The position numbers and the translations under genes are program-made. A stretch of DNA of 22,465 nt, from positions 1 to 22,465 of the forward strand of contig CBFIJH010000020.1 in assembly GCA_965662895.1 (NCBI GenBank). The letters run 5' to 3'. The DNA comes from Candidatus Poseidoniaceae archaeon (GTDB lineage: Archaea; Thermoplasmatota; Poseidoniia; Poseidoniales; Poseidoniaceae). This document shows positions 15,079 through 22,465 of this stretch, one piece after another (positions within the stretch are counted from its first letter, which is position 1; each line of letters opens with the position of its first letter). Under the pieces are notes generated by a model. The model did not search any database. It was not told the DNA's origin and saw only the letters and a program-made list of their open reading frames with translations.

Positions 15079-16296
15079 TCAAGCGTTGGTCTCTTCGCTT
15101 GAAAGCGAATCACGACCGATTGGTGGTGACATCAACACCGCCTTTCGTAGCGTTGCTCGCAACGATTCCAACTCACCATAACAAATCAACACGTCATCGT
15201 AGCGAAGTTGGACACTCGGTTCCGGATTCCACATCATCTGGTCACCACGACTGAGCGCATAGACGAGAGGTTGCTCACTGTTGGCAAAGATTTCGCCAAT
15301 GGAGCGACCGATGAGATTCGGATGATGCAACAACTGAATCGATAACACGCCTTCACCGGGAACGGTTCGCAGCAATTTGTCCAATTCGACTTCGGTAAAC
15401 ACAGCATCGTTGATGACAAAATCGATGATCTCGCCAGCAACGTTCACGCCACTGGCCTTCTCAATTCCTTCCAATCCTGGACTCGAATTGACTTCGAGAA
15501 CAAGTGGCCCGTGTATGGATTCGAGCAAATCAACCCCAGCGACACGAAGACCGAGAACGCGTGCTGCTCGGCATGCAACTTCCTCAAAAGTAGGATCGAG
15601 GTCAACAGGTTCAACTGTTCCATTGAGGTGGAAGTTGCTTCGGAATTCACGCCCACGTGCACGTCGTCGCATGCAAGCAACGACGCGATCACCAACGACA
15701 AGGGCGCGAATATCCGTGCCGTGTGATTCAGCAATGTATTCTTGAATCAGGATGGCTTTCTTGGTGTGCAACAATCCTTGGACGAGGTTTCGGGTCTCGT
15801 GATGAGTGTGGCGTAAGAAGACGCCTTGACCTTGCGTTCCTTCGGTCACTTTGACGACGACAGGAAGGCCACCGACCGCTTCAATGGCGTGTTCGATATC
15901 GGCCGTATCTCGGACGTAGACTGTACGAGGAACGGGTATCTTGTTGCGAGCGAGCAGTTGTGAAGCGTGCAATTTGTCTCGACTTTGAAGAATACCTTGG
16001 CCGGTATTGGCTGTCCAAATCCCCATTTGCTCGAGGTGGCGTAGAACTGCGACACCATGCCGCGTAATGGAATGGCCGATACGTGGAATGACTGCGTCAA
16101 AGGCTGCTGGTCGCCCTTCATGCATGACGTCAATGCCGTCGTCATCAACGAACAATGAGAAGCTGATCGGATCAAGGACATTGACATCAAGCCCACGTTT
16201 TCGCGCTTCTTCAACCAGCCGTCGTGTCGAATACAATCGAGCGCCGCGAGAAAGGACGGCTAGACGCAGCCCACCCTCTTCTCGCAACTCGGTCAT
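15079..16296 (-). CDS. rimK: RimK-family ATP-grasp alpha-L-glutamate ligase with C-terminal RCK_C (TrkA-C) domain
   Basis: LYSTRRLVEEA, FDAVIPRIG, SRDKL, GTQGQGV, QEYIAE, DIRALVVG, FRSNFHLNG, GVDLL and LEVNSSPGLEGIE. Tail LIGRSIGEI...ALSRGDQMMWNPEPSVQLRYDDVLICYG matches RCK_C. Confidence 0.93.
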   Translation of the reverse strand: MTELREEGGLRLAVLSRGARLYSTRRLVEEARKRGLDVNVLDPISFSLFVDDDGIDVMHEGRPAAFDAVIPRIGHSITRHGVAVLRHLEQMGIWTANTGQGILQSRDKLHASQLLARNKIPVPRTVYVRDTADIEHAIEAVGGLPVVVKVTEGTQGQGVFLRHTHHETRNLVQGLLHTKKAILIQEYIAESHGTDIRALVVGDRVVACMRRRARGREFRSNFHLNGTVEPVDLDPTFEEVACRAARVLGLRVAGVDLLESIHGPLVLEVNSSPGLEGIEKASGVNVAGEIIDFVINDAVFTEVELDKLLRTVPGEGVLSIQLLHHPNLIGRSIGEIFANSEQPLVYALSRGDQMMWNPEPSVQLRYDDVLICYGELESLRATLRKAVLMSPPIGRDSLSSEETNA

Positions 16297-16351
16297 GGTC
16301 AAAAGAAAACCTGAGGGGATTTCAAATGCTCGGCCGTTTTGGGTCTAACCC

Positions 16352-17341
16352 ATGTCCGATGAGGAGCAACATGCCGAGCCGGAGCCAGAAGCGACGGAAT
16401 CTGTCCCTCCGCTCGATGACCATCATGAGGAAGTGATGAAGGAAATGACGCTTGAAGAGCGTCAAGAAGCACTCAAGCGTTCACGATGGAATGTCTTCCT
16501 GTACCTCGGATTGGCAGCATTGATGTTCGGATTCGCGCTGTTCCCGTTCCCATTCTCTGCTGCTCCTATTGGTGACACCTACGAGCAGGACCTCGGATTT
16601 GTTTGGGGCGCTCCATTGGATGGTGAAGACTTCACCGACGTGCCGATTAAAGTCGAGGTAACGGCAACAAATCCTCCTGCAAACCCGGACACTCGAATCG
16701 CAGTCTATCTCTTGAATTCAGACGATTGTGCTTCCAGTGAAATCCTTGAATTGAAGAGAGAGAGCCGTAATGAACCGACCCATGATTCTCAATATCAAAT
16801 CAGCGACAAGGCTCCTATTGTCGACGAAGTGGTCGTCTTCGAATTCCGCGTCGATGGTGGCGGACAATGCATGTTTGCTGAATACGTCGATAAGGACAAT
16901 CCAGGAACTCCACTCTCTGGATCGATGGAAATTGACGGGAGCATGTGGCCAAACCAAGTATGGGCTGGCATCATGGCGCTTCTCTTCCTCGGCCTTTCTG
17001 GATTTGCATTTATCGGAGCACAACGCCACGGTAAGGGGGTTAAGGCACTCACCGAACCGGGCCAAAAGACAACTGAGGACGAGGTCTTAGAGACCGCGCC
17101 CGGACCAACTGGACCACCTCCAAAGGCGCCGGGTCCGAGCGGTCCACCGCCTGCAGCAGCAGGCCCCAGCGGACCTCCACCGGCAGCTCAGCCGACAACT
17201 CCTGAACCGGTTGCCTCAGCAGAGCCAACCTTTGAGGACGCTGGAAATGGATACTTCTTCCGAAGGATGCCGGATGGAAGTTACGACCAAACCGTCTACG
17301 TTCGAGCTGAAGATGGCTCCTACACTCCGTACCAGCAATAG
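16352..17341 (+). CDS. Hypothetical two-TM membrane protein with ectodomain and Pro-rich tail
   Basis: TM VFLYLGLAALMFGFALF, acidic loop with two Cys, TM VWAGIMALLFLGLSGFAFI, GPxGPPP repeats and two DGSY motifs at the C-terminus. Confidence 0.88.
   Translation: MSDEEQHAEPEPEATESVPPLDDHHEEVMKEMTLEERQEALKRSRWNVFLYLGLAALMFGFALFPFPFSAAPIGDTYEQDLGFVWGAPLDGEDFTDVPIKVEVTATNPPANPDTRIAVYLLNSDDCASSEILELKRESRNEPTHDSQYQISDKAPIVDEVVVFEFRVDGGGQCMFAEYVDKDNPGTPLSGSMEIDGSMWPNQVWAGIMALLFLGLSGFAFIGAQRHGKGVKALTEPGQKTTEDEVLETAPGPTGPPPKAPGPSGPPPAAAGPSGPPPAAQPTTPEPVASAEPTFEDAGNGYFFRRMPDGSYDQTVYVRAEDGSYTPYQQ
17102..17191 (+). repeat. Three degenerate 30-nt coding repeats (GP[T/S]GPPPxAx)
   Basis: GPTGPPPKAP / GPSGPPPAAA / GPSGPPPAAQ. 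Confidence 0.85.
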
Positions 17342-17382
17342 TCGAGTGAAAATTGGTCCATGATGACACATTGACCACCATC

Positions 17383-17389
17383 CTTGATA
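17383..17389 (+). promoter_or_regulatory. Putative variant TATA box CTTGATA
   Basis: About 35 nt upstream of ATG 17424; the identical heptamer sits upstream of rps8e and srp19. Confidence 0.5.
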
Positions 17390-17423
17390 GGGGATGAGCC
17401 ATCGAATCAATCGAGGTGAATGG

Positions 17424-19565
17424 ATGGCGGATGAAACTTCATCGCTCACAGTGGCCAAACTCAAGGCCCTTTGTGTCATCAACGATCTTCCAACTTCGGG
17501 GAGAAAAGCCGAGTTGGTCGAACGTCTTCTCGAAGCTGGACTGACGCGTACTGAAGTCGGTCTGTCCGATGAAAAAGTCAAGGAGAGCGTCGAAGAAGCA
17601 GAGGAAGAAGTCGTCTTATCGCTTGAGGATGAGGCGACCATCTCCGTTGAAGATGACGAGCCAGAATCTGTCAAAGCGCAAAAAGAAGTCGTCATTGAAG
17701 ACGATGAAGACGACGTCCTTGAGGCAGTTCTTGTTGCTGACGTCGTCGAAGAAGAACCCAAACACGTCGCTACGCCTGCTGCAACAAAGCGACAGGACGT
17801 TGCAACCCTTGCGGACATGGTCAAGAATCCGAAGGTGATTGCCGTCCTCATCGTATCGCTCTTCCTCGGAGCTGGTGGATGGTGGTACATCAATTCCTCA
17901 TTGGAACCGTTTACTGCTGAACCACTTCGCTATGGTGATACGATGGAATACAGCATTTCGGGTGGCATTGGCGACCGGCCTGCAGTCATGGCCAGTGAAG
18001 GCTTCCTTGACCTAGTGTTCAATTTCCTTGAACCGGAGGATGATTATTGCCGCATTTTCATGGATTATGAAGGAAGAGGAACGCTTGGGGTTACGAAAGG
18101 AACCAATCAGATTCCACCGGTTCCCGGCAATCTCGATGGGGCAGTTCGCTCGCAAGGACCGTACGGTAGCAATGACTGGCTTGCTGTTGAGATCACCAAC
18201 ACCTATGAGTTGGATGATTTTGATCTTGGACGCAACACCTATTCCATCATCAATCAGGGTAGTTGTCCTGCTGCAGAAGATGGTGCTTATGTTCCCGGTG
18301 AAGCGGTTTTAACAACGTCGCGTCACATCGAATTGAAGGAGCAAGCCACACTCTCAACAGCGTTCGAGTTTTCGGCAACAATCGACAACAAACCGTACGA
18401 AGGTTCGGCCAAAACCTTCGATGTAGGCGGGTTGCTCGGAACCCTTGACGTCGTTCTTCCTGGTGTTTCCTTGATGCTTCAACCCATTGAATTGCAGGAC
18501 TTGTTTGCAACCGACGTTATCGAAGAAGGGGCTTCCGGTGAACGCCTCGGATGGCGCTGGCGCGTCGTCGGTCAAGACACGCTCGGCGATGATAAGACGT
18601 GGAAGATTGCTGCAACGCACGTCGATGTTGAGCGCCTTTGTCTTGGTTCAGCAACGATGGAAATATGGGCGGAAGAGAACAATCCTTGGGCGACCCAACA
18701 AACGGTTGATGTCATCATTTCCAACGATGGTTCACTGCAAACAGAATGCTCTCCGTTCTCGGAAGCGTTCGGCGATTACGTTCTCCCGGAAGGCGAATTG
18801 GAATTGCATCATACGTTCAAAGCAACCAAACTTACCCGAGGGACCAAGGTGCTTGACCTCGGCAAGGATTACGACCTTCGCCCACGTTCCAACATCCTCG
18901 CTTTGGATGACGACCTTCAGGAGGACTGGGGCGGTCAAGACAAACTGCACCCGCCCGATGCTTCCAGCATGCGGCAGCATACCCTCGAAGAAGCCATGCA
19001 ATGCTTCGATTACATCGGTGGTTCTGCTAGCGGAGCCAGAGCAGCGCTCGATGCGGGTGGCTACATCTGGAGAGGGCTCGATCAACGAAGTGGTATAGTT
19101 ACGACATGGAACGTGTCGTGGGTTCACCCAGACGATACATCAGGATGGGTCTTGTTCGAACTAACCGGAGAAGCAACCGATGAGAATTGTACGTTTATTG
19201 ACAAGGGCTCCTTTGAGGAATTGGCTTCCTACAATCGAGAGTCGTTACCGCCTGTGGTTAACATGTCGACGCTTGAAGCTCGTTTCTCCGATACGTCCAG
19301 ATATCCACAATTGACCGGTGGAGACGGTGTCTTTGATTCGAACGGGGCGTACTACGAAAGCACGCGCATCGGCTTCCTGGTCGCCGTTCCTGGTGATGGG
19401 GCTAACGATCTTCTCGGTCAATTGACCAGCACTTCGGTCGGTGCGACCACGCTTGATTTGTCACGAACGTGGGAAGAAGGCATCTGGGAGCATACCTTTG
19501 CCGTGGCCATGGATGCTACAGACGGTCGCGTGGTCGGATGGACCAAACTCTCTCAGGTTGCGTGA
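17424..19565 (+). CDS. SAP-domain, single-pass membrane protein with large extracellular domain
   Basis: SD GAGGTGA at 17413-17419. SLTVAKLKALCVINDLPTSGRKAELVERL fits the SAP consensus. Followed by a Glu/Asp-rich linker, TM VIAVLIVSLFLGAGGWWYI and an approx. 550-aa acidic domain with six Cys. Confidence 0.9.
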   Translation: MADETSSLTVAKLKALCVINDLPTSGRKAELVERLLEAGLTRTEVGLSDEKVKESVEEAEEEVVLSLEDEATISVEDDEPESVKAQKEVVIEDDEDDVLEAVLVADVVEEEPKHVATPAATKRQDVATLADMVKNPKVIAVLIVSLFLGAGGWWYINSSLEPFTAEPLRYGDTMEYSISGGIGDRPAVMASEGFLDLVFNFLEPEDDYCRIFMDYEGRGTLGVTKGTNQIPPVPGNLDGAVRSQGPYGSNDWLAVEITNTYELDDFDLGRNTYSIINQGSCPAAEDGAYVPGEAVLTTSRHIELKEQATLSTAFEFSATIDNKPYEGSAKTFDVGGLLGTLDVVLPGVSLMLQPIELQDLFATDVIEEGASGERLGWRWRVVGQDTLGDDKTWKIAATHVDVERLCLGSATMEIWAEENNPWATQQTVDVIISNDGSLQTECSPFSEAFGDYVLPEGELELHHTFKATKLTRGTKVLDLGKDYDLRPRSNILALDDDLQEDWGGQDKLHPPDASSMRQHTLEEAMQCFDYIGGSASGARAALDAGGYIWRGLDQRSGIVTTWNVSWVHPDDTSGWVLFELTGEATDENCTFIDKGSFEELASYNRESLPPVVNMSTLEARFSDTSRYPQLTGGDGVFDSNGAYYESTRIGFLVAVPGDGANDLLGQLTSTSVGATTLDLSRTWEEGIWEHTFAVAMDATDGRVVGWTKLSQVA

Positions 19566-19569
19566 TTGT

Positions 19570-19971
19570 ATGGATGAAGAGGAGACGGCTCGCGGGCTTG
19601 ACCATCTCATGGAACAGAACGAGACCGAACTTCCGTTCCTTGCGTCGTACGGTGCTGATATGGACGGAATGGGGATCGATGTGGATGCATTGTTTTCCGG
19701 TGTTGAAGCTTTTCTGTCTTCACGCCGGGTCAAATTCGAGATGAATGAAGAATGCATAAAATATAATTCTACTTACATAACCAAACACGAAGACGGTTTG
19801 CTCATCGAAATCGAACACGAACATTTACCGCTCGTAAACAGTGATTTGGATCGTGTTGGTTTCGTCCAAGGAAGACTTCATGCGGACAAATCCAAACTGT
19901 CCGTCATCCTTCAGATGTGGGGTGGTGAACATCGCCGTTTCCTTGAACGGCTTGTCGAACACTGTGGTTAA
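19570..19971 (+). CDS. Hypothetical acidic protein (133 aa)
   Basis: ATG 4 nt after the upstream stop; begins MDEEETARGLDHL. No family recognised. Confidence 0.78.
   Translation: MDEEETARGLDHLMEQNETELPFLASYGADMDGMGIDVDALFSGVEAFLSSRRVKFEMNEECIKYNSTYITKHEDGLLIEIEHEHLPLVNSDLDRVGFVQGRLHADKSKLSVILQMWGGEHRRFLERLVEHCG
19756..19783. other. Candidate dif (Xer recombination) site
   Basis: ATAAAATATAA-TTCTAC-TTACATAACCA: 11-6-11 layout with TAA-N6-TTA core and inverted inner arms (ATATAA / TTACAT). An AT island in a roughly 50% GC gene, 4.8 kb from xerA. Confidence 0.5.
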
Positions 19972-20525
19972 TCCCGACGTGCGATGGCAATGGCCAATCC
20001 AATGGCTGCTAACGCTGGAATCAGCGTGAATCCGGGTGTATCTTCTTCGTCCTGTCCACATCCATCCCCGTCAACATCTGGACCGTAATAGCTTCCATCA
20101 TCGTAGTAACAACTTGACCAGATGGTGTACCACGAGCCGTACGGGAAGTAATCGTTCGTGTCGTCTTCGTACATGGCCTTCACACGCCAGTTGACGTAGG
20201 AATGATCGTTTGGAGGTACAAGCGAAGTGGTGTGCGTTGCACCATCAACGGCCACTTCTTGAACCACTGGAGGGTCACAAACACCATCATTGAGACAAAT
20301 TTGCGATGTTATCTCGAACGTCGTATTGTTGCTCATGTGTTCTTCATCCATGACGACAACGAGCGTCCAGGTTTCACCAGAAACCGAAGGTGATGTCACA
20401 GTATAGGATTCAAACGGCGTTTCCTCAACATCCGGGCCATTGTCTTGTCCAGCATTCTTTGCTGCGAGTGATGTTGTTGAAAGCGCAAGAAGAGCGACGA
20501 GTGTGAATGCAACAACGGTTCGCAT
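19968..20525 (-). CDS. Secreted cell-surface protein with PGF-CTERM (archaeosortase A) sorting signal
   Basis: Signal peptide MRTVVAFTLVALLALSTTSLA. C-terminus TPGF-TLIPALAAIGLAIAIA-RRD has the PGF motif, TM segment and basic end. Confidence 0.9.
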   Translation of the reverse strand: MRTVVAFTLVALLALSTTSLAAKNAGQDNGPDVEETPFESYTVTSPSVSGETWTLVVVMDEEHMSNNTTFEITSQICLNDGVCDPPVVQEVAVDGATHTTSLVPPNDHSYVNWRVKAMYEDDTNDYFPYGSWYTIWSSCYYDDGSYYGPDVDGDGCGQDEEDTPGFTLIPALAAIGLAIAIARRD

Positions 20526-20557
20526 GGTTGAAACTAGGTTCGGTTCATCTATTTGAC

Positions 20558-21067
20558 TTATGCTTCCATGTCCCATAATTCATCACCAACCCAGTGGATG
20601 GTTTTGATGCCTTTGCCTTTGCTTGCATCAACCATTTCGCTTCCTGGCATGGTTGCCCAGCCAATCGCTAACGGTCGTCCGTGTTCTTTGTCACGAATCC
20701 ATACAAGATCGCCGACTTCGATGTCCTCGTCCGCACCGTGAACACCAGCAACCATACAGTCAGCACCGTTCATCAGGAATGGAATGGCTCCATGATCTAC
20801 AGCAACCCAGCGCTTTGAATCAGGATGCTCCAAGAAGCCACGCAGCGTCAAAAACACCCACCGGCGACCGTCATCATCGTTGATTTCAATCGTCTTGGCA
20901 ACTTTGTCAACGAAGACAAGTTGCCACGGTCCATAATTGGCCATTTCCAAAAAGGCACCATCGACGGCCAAGTCGATATCGAGACCTTCCTCAAGTTCCT
21001 TGAGCAACGGAGTGATGTGCTTTCGACGTACAGGTCGCCGTTTCTTGACGTGGAATTCTTTCGCCAT
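20558..21067 (-). CDS. PUA-domain RNA-binding protein (pre-PUA + PUA; MCT-1/Tma20-like)
   Basis: VAVDHGAIPFLMNGADCMVAGV...IEVGDLVWI...LAIG...KGKGIKTIHWVGDELW. ATG 21067 (MAKEFHVKKRR) is preferred. Confidence 0.93.
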   Translation of the reverse strand: MAKEFHVKKRRPVRRKHITPLLKELEEGLDIDLAVDGAFLEMANYGPWQLVFVDKVAKTIEINDDDGRRWVFLTLRGFLEHPDSKRWVAVDHGAIPFLMNGADCMVAGVHGADEDIEVGDLVWIRDKEHGRPLAIGWATMPGSEMVDASKGKGIKTIHWVGDELWDMEA

Positions 21068-21132
21068 AGCCCGTCCAAACGTCGACCATGTTTCACCCTT
21101 CGGTTCAAGAACTGGCATCCGATGGGCAATTC

Positions 21133-21741
21133 ATGGCCGTATGGTGCACGATTCGAACCTTTGCAGCCCATGCCAAAGAACTTGGAAACAAGCAACCGGT
21201 CGAACCCATTTTCTTTGTCAAACCGGATGGCTGCAAGACCGAATCGGACGTGCTTCACATCTCCAAACATCCAGGCGAAGTTCACCTCGAAACCGAATGC
21301 GTCGTTCGATTGACGCAACACGGTGACATCGATGCGGTCGCCATTGGACTCGATCTGACCGACCGAGCAGCACAATCCGTTCTTCGAGCAGATGGCTTAC
21401 CATGGGCTAAAGGCAAGACGTTTCGCCAAGCAGCCGTTCTCGGCACCTTTTATCCATGGCGGCATGGGCTTGAAGCGCTGACCAACGAAGCCACCGCACT
21501 GCGCCTCGAATGCGATGTCAACGGTGAGCGTTGGCAAGAAGCATCCCTTTCAGAAATGAGCATCACACCGGCGAGTCAAGTCACATCCCTGATGGCGTGG
21601 GCGCCCGTTTCAAACGGCGATTTACTGTATACTGGAACGCCTCAAGGTGTTGCTCAATTGAAGCCCGGTGATGTGATTGAAGCACGCCTTATTGCCCATG
21701 ATGGTGAACTTCTTTCCACCTATTCGGGTCGTTGCTCCTAA
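21133..21741 (+). CDS. Fumarylacetoacetate hydrolase family protein (FAHD1/YcgM-like)
   Basis: RTFAAHAKELGN, PIFFVKP, VHLETE, GLDLTDR, GLPWAKGKTF and GDLLYTGTPQGV. Confidence 0.93.
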   Translation: MAVWCTIRTFAAHAKELGNKQPVEPIFFVKPDGCKTESDVLHISKHPGEVHLETECVVRLTQHGDIDAVAIGLDLTDRAAQSVLRADGLPWAKGKTFRQAAVLGTFYPWRHGLEALTNEATALRLECDVNGERWQEASLSEMSITPASQVTSLMAWAPVSNGDLLYTGTPQGVAQLKPGDVIEARLIAHDGELLSTYSGRCS

Positions 21742-21748
21742 GGGTTGC

Positions 21749-21755
21749 CTTGATA
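21749..21755 (+). promoter_or_regulatory. Putative variant TATA box CTTGATA (rps8e)
   Basis: About 40 nt upstream of ATG 21796, in a short intergenic gap. Confidence 0.5.
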
Positions 21756-21795
21756 TACGCCCTGCAAGTCGGTGGCGATGCAAGGAGAGAGAGAC

Positions 21796-22176
21796 ATGGC
21801 ACAATGGCATGGAATTTCCAAGAGAAAACCGAGCGGTGGACGACGCGTACAAGCACGCAGTAAGCGTTCTACTGAAATCTCAACCGAGAAGCAATTCGCG
21901 CTCGTTGGCGAACCTCGACGCAAGGTCTACCGTAAAGCCGGTGGCAACTCCATGGTTCGTGTCATGGCTGCGAACAAGGTCTCGGTCAACAATCCAAAGA
22001 CCGGTAAGACGGTCAACGCTGACATCGTCAACGTCATCGAGAACGAATCCGATCCAAACTACGTTCGACGAAACATCCTCGTCAAGGGTGCAATTATCGA
22101 AACCAGTGAAGGCAACGTCAAGATCACGTCCCGACCTGGTAAGGACGGCGTCATCAACGGCGTTCTGCTCGAGTGA
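21796..22176 (+). CDS. rps8e: 30S ribosomal protein S8e
   Basis: MAQWHGISKRKPSGGR, GGNSMVRV, NYVRRNILVKGAIIET and TSRPGKDGVINGVLL. Confidence 0.98.
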   Translation: MAQWHGISKRKPSGGRRVQARSKRSTEISTEKQFALVGEPRRKVYRKAGGNSMVRVMAANKVSVNNPKTGKTVNADIVNVIENESDPNYVRRNILVKGAIIETSEGNVKITSRPGKDGVINGVLLE

Positions 22177-22191
22177 ACATCCCTTCGTTGG

Positions 22192-22198
22192 CTTGATA
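22192..22198 (+). promoter_or_regulatory. Putative variant TATA box CTTGATA (srp19)
   Basis: About 35 nt upstream of ATG 22233. Confidence 0.5.
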
Positions 22199-22232
22199 CC
22201 TCTCGACCTTGAGAACACGCTGAGGCGAGACG

Positions 22233-22465
22233 ATGGAACACAATCCAGACCGTATCTGTGTATGGCCTGGTTACTTCGATGCAAAGGCGTCTCGGCGCGG
22301 AGGACGTCGTGTTCCTCGCGATTCATCGGTTCTCAAGCCAGACCTCGAAGGACTTTATCTCGCAGCCCGTAAGGTTGGTCTCAAGAAAATCAAGCGTGAG
22401 GAAGGAACCTCACATCCACAACGACCCTACGGACGAGAAGGACGGCTATGGGTCAGCAGTTCTGG
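22233..22465 (+). CDS. srp19: Signal recognition particle protein SRP19 (partial, runs off window)
   Basis: Not in the ORF track; hand translation MEHNPDRICVWPGYFDAKASRRGGRRVPRDSSVLKPDLEGLYLAARKVGL...SHPQRPYGREGRLWV. The WPxYFD/GRRVP/HP...GR motifs and adjacency to rps8e are typical of archaeal SRP19. Confidence 0.95.
   Translation, partial: MEHNPDRICVWPGYFDAKASRRGGRRVPRDSSVLKPDLEGLYLAARKVGLKKIKREEGTSHPQRPYGREGRLWVSSS

Noticed and set aside
14711-15082. 123-aa ORF as a frameshifted N-terminal extension of xerA
   Set aside because: No slippery site or recognisable protein features, and xerA is complete from ATG 14963.
17102-17191. Collagen-like repeat or CRISPR-like array
   Set aside because: Gly is not at every third residue throughout, and the units are degenerate in-frame coding repeats without spacers.
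22177-22232. SRP (7S) RNA between rps8e and srp19
   Set aside because: The gap is only 56 nt whereas archaeal SRP RNA is about 300 nt, and the downstream sequence translates cleanly as SRP19.
21677-22372. 231-aa plus-strand ORF overlapping rps8e
   Set aside because: Alternative frame over three clear genes, with the Arg/Ser-rich composition typical of off-frame translation.

Overview
Gene-dense archaeal chromosomal segment of roughly 50% GC. Archaeal markers include rps8e, srp19, Sec61beta, a PGF-CTERM protein and GGAGGTGA-type Shine-Dalgarno (SD) sites. The overall style suggests Marine Group II/Poseidoniales (Thermoplasmatota), which is an inference. It holds the start of an A1-type heme-copper oxidase operon whose subunit I carries an unusual exported N-terminal CxCH domain. 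It also has TOPRIM and NERD+S1 nuclease genes, Lrp, an NSUN2/Trm4-like m5C methyltransferase, a DUF2071-DCC fusion, xerA, RimK-RCK_C, PUA and FAH proteins, and several unknown membrane proteins. The strongest candidate for an undescribed system lies at about 13.0-20.0 kb. It combines xerA, a 28-bp dif-like site hidden inside a CDS (19756-19783), a membrane-anchored SAP-domain protein, an HhH protein with a Lys/Ala histone-H1-like tail, and two zinc-finger microproteins. This may be a chromosome resolution/tethering module. No tRNA, rRNA, CRISPR or transposon was recognised. All family calls come from motif recognition by eye, not from database searches.
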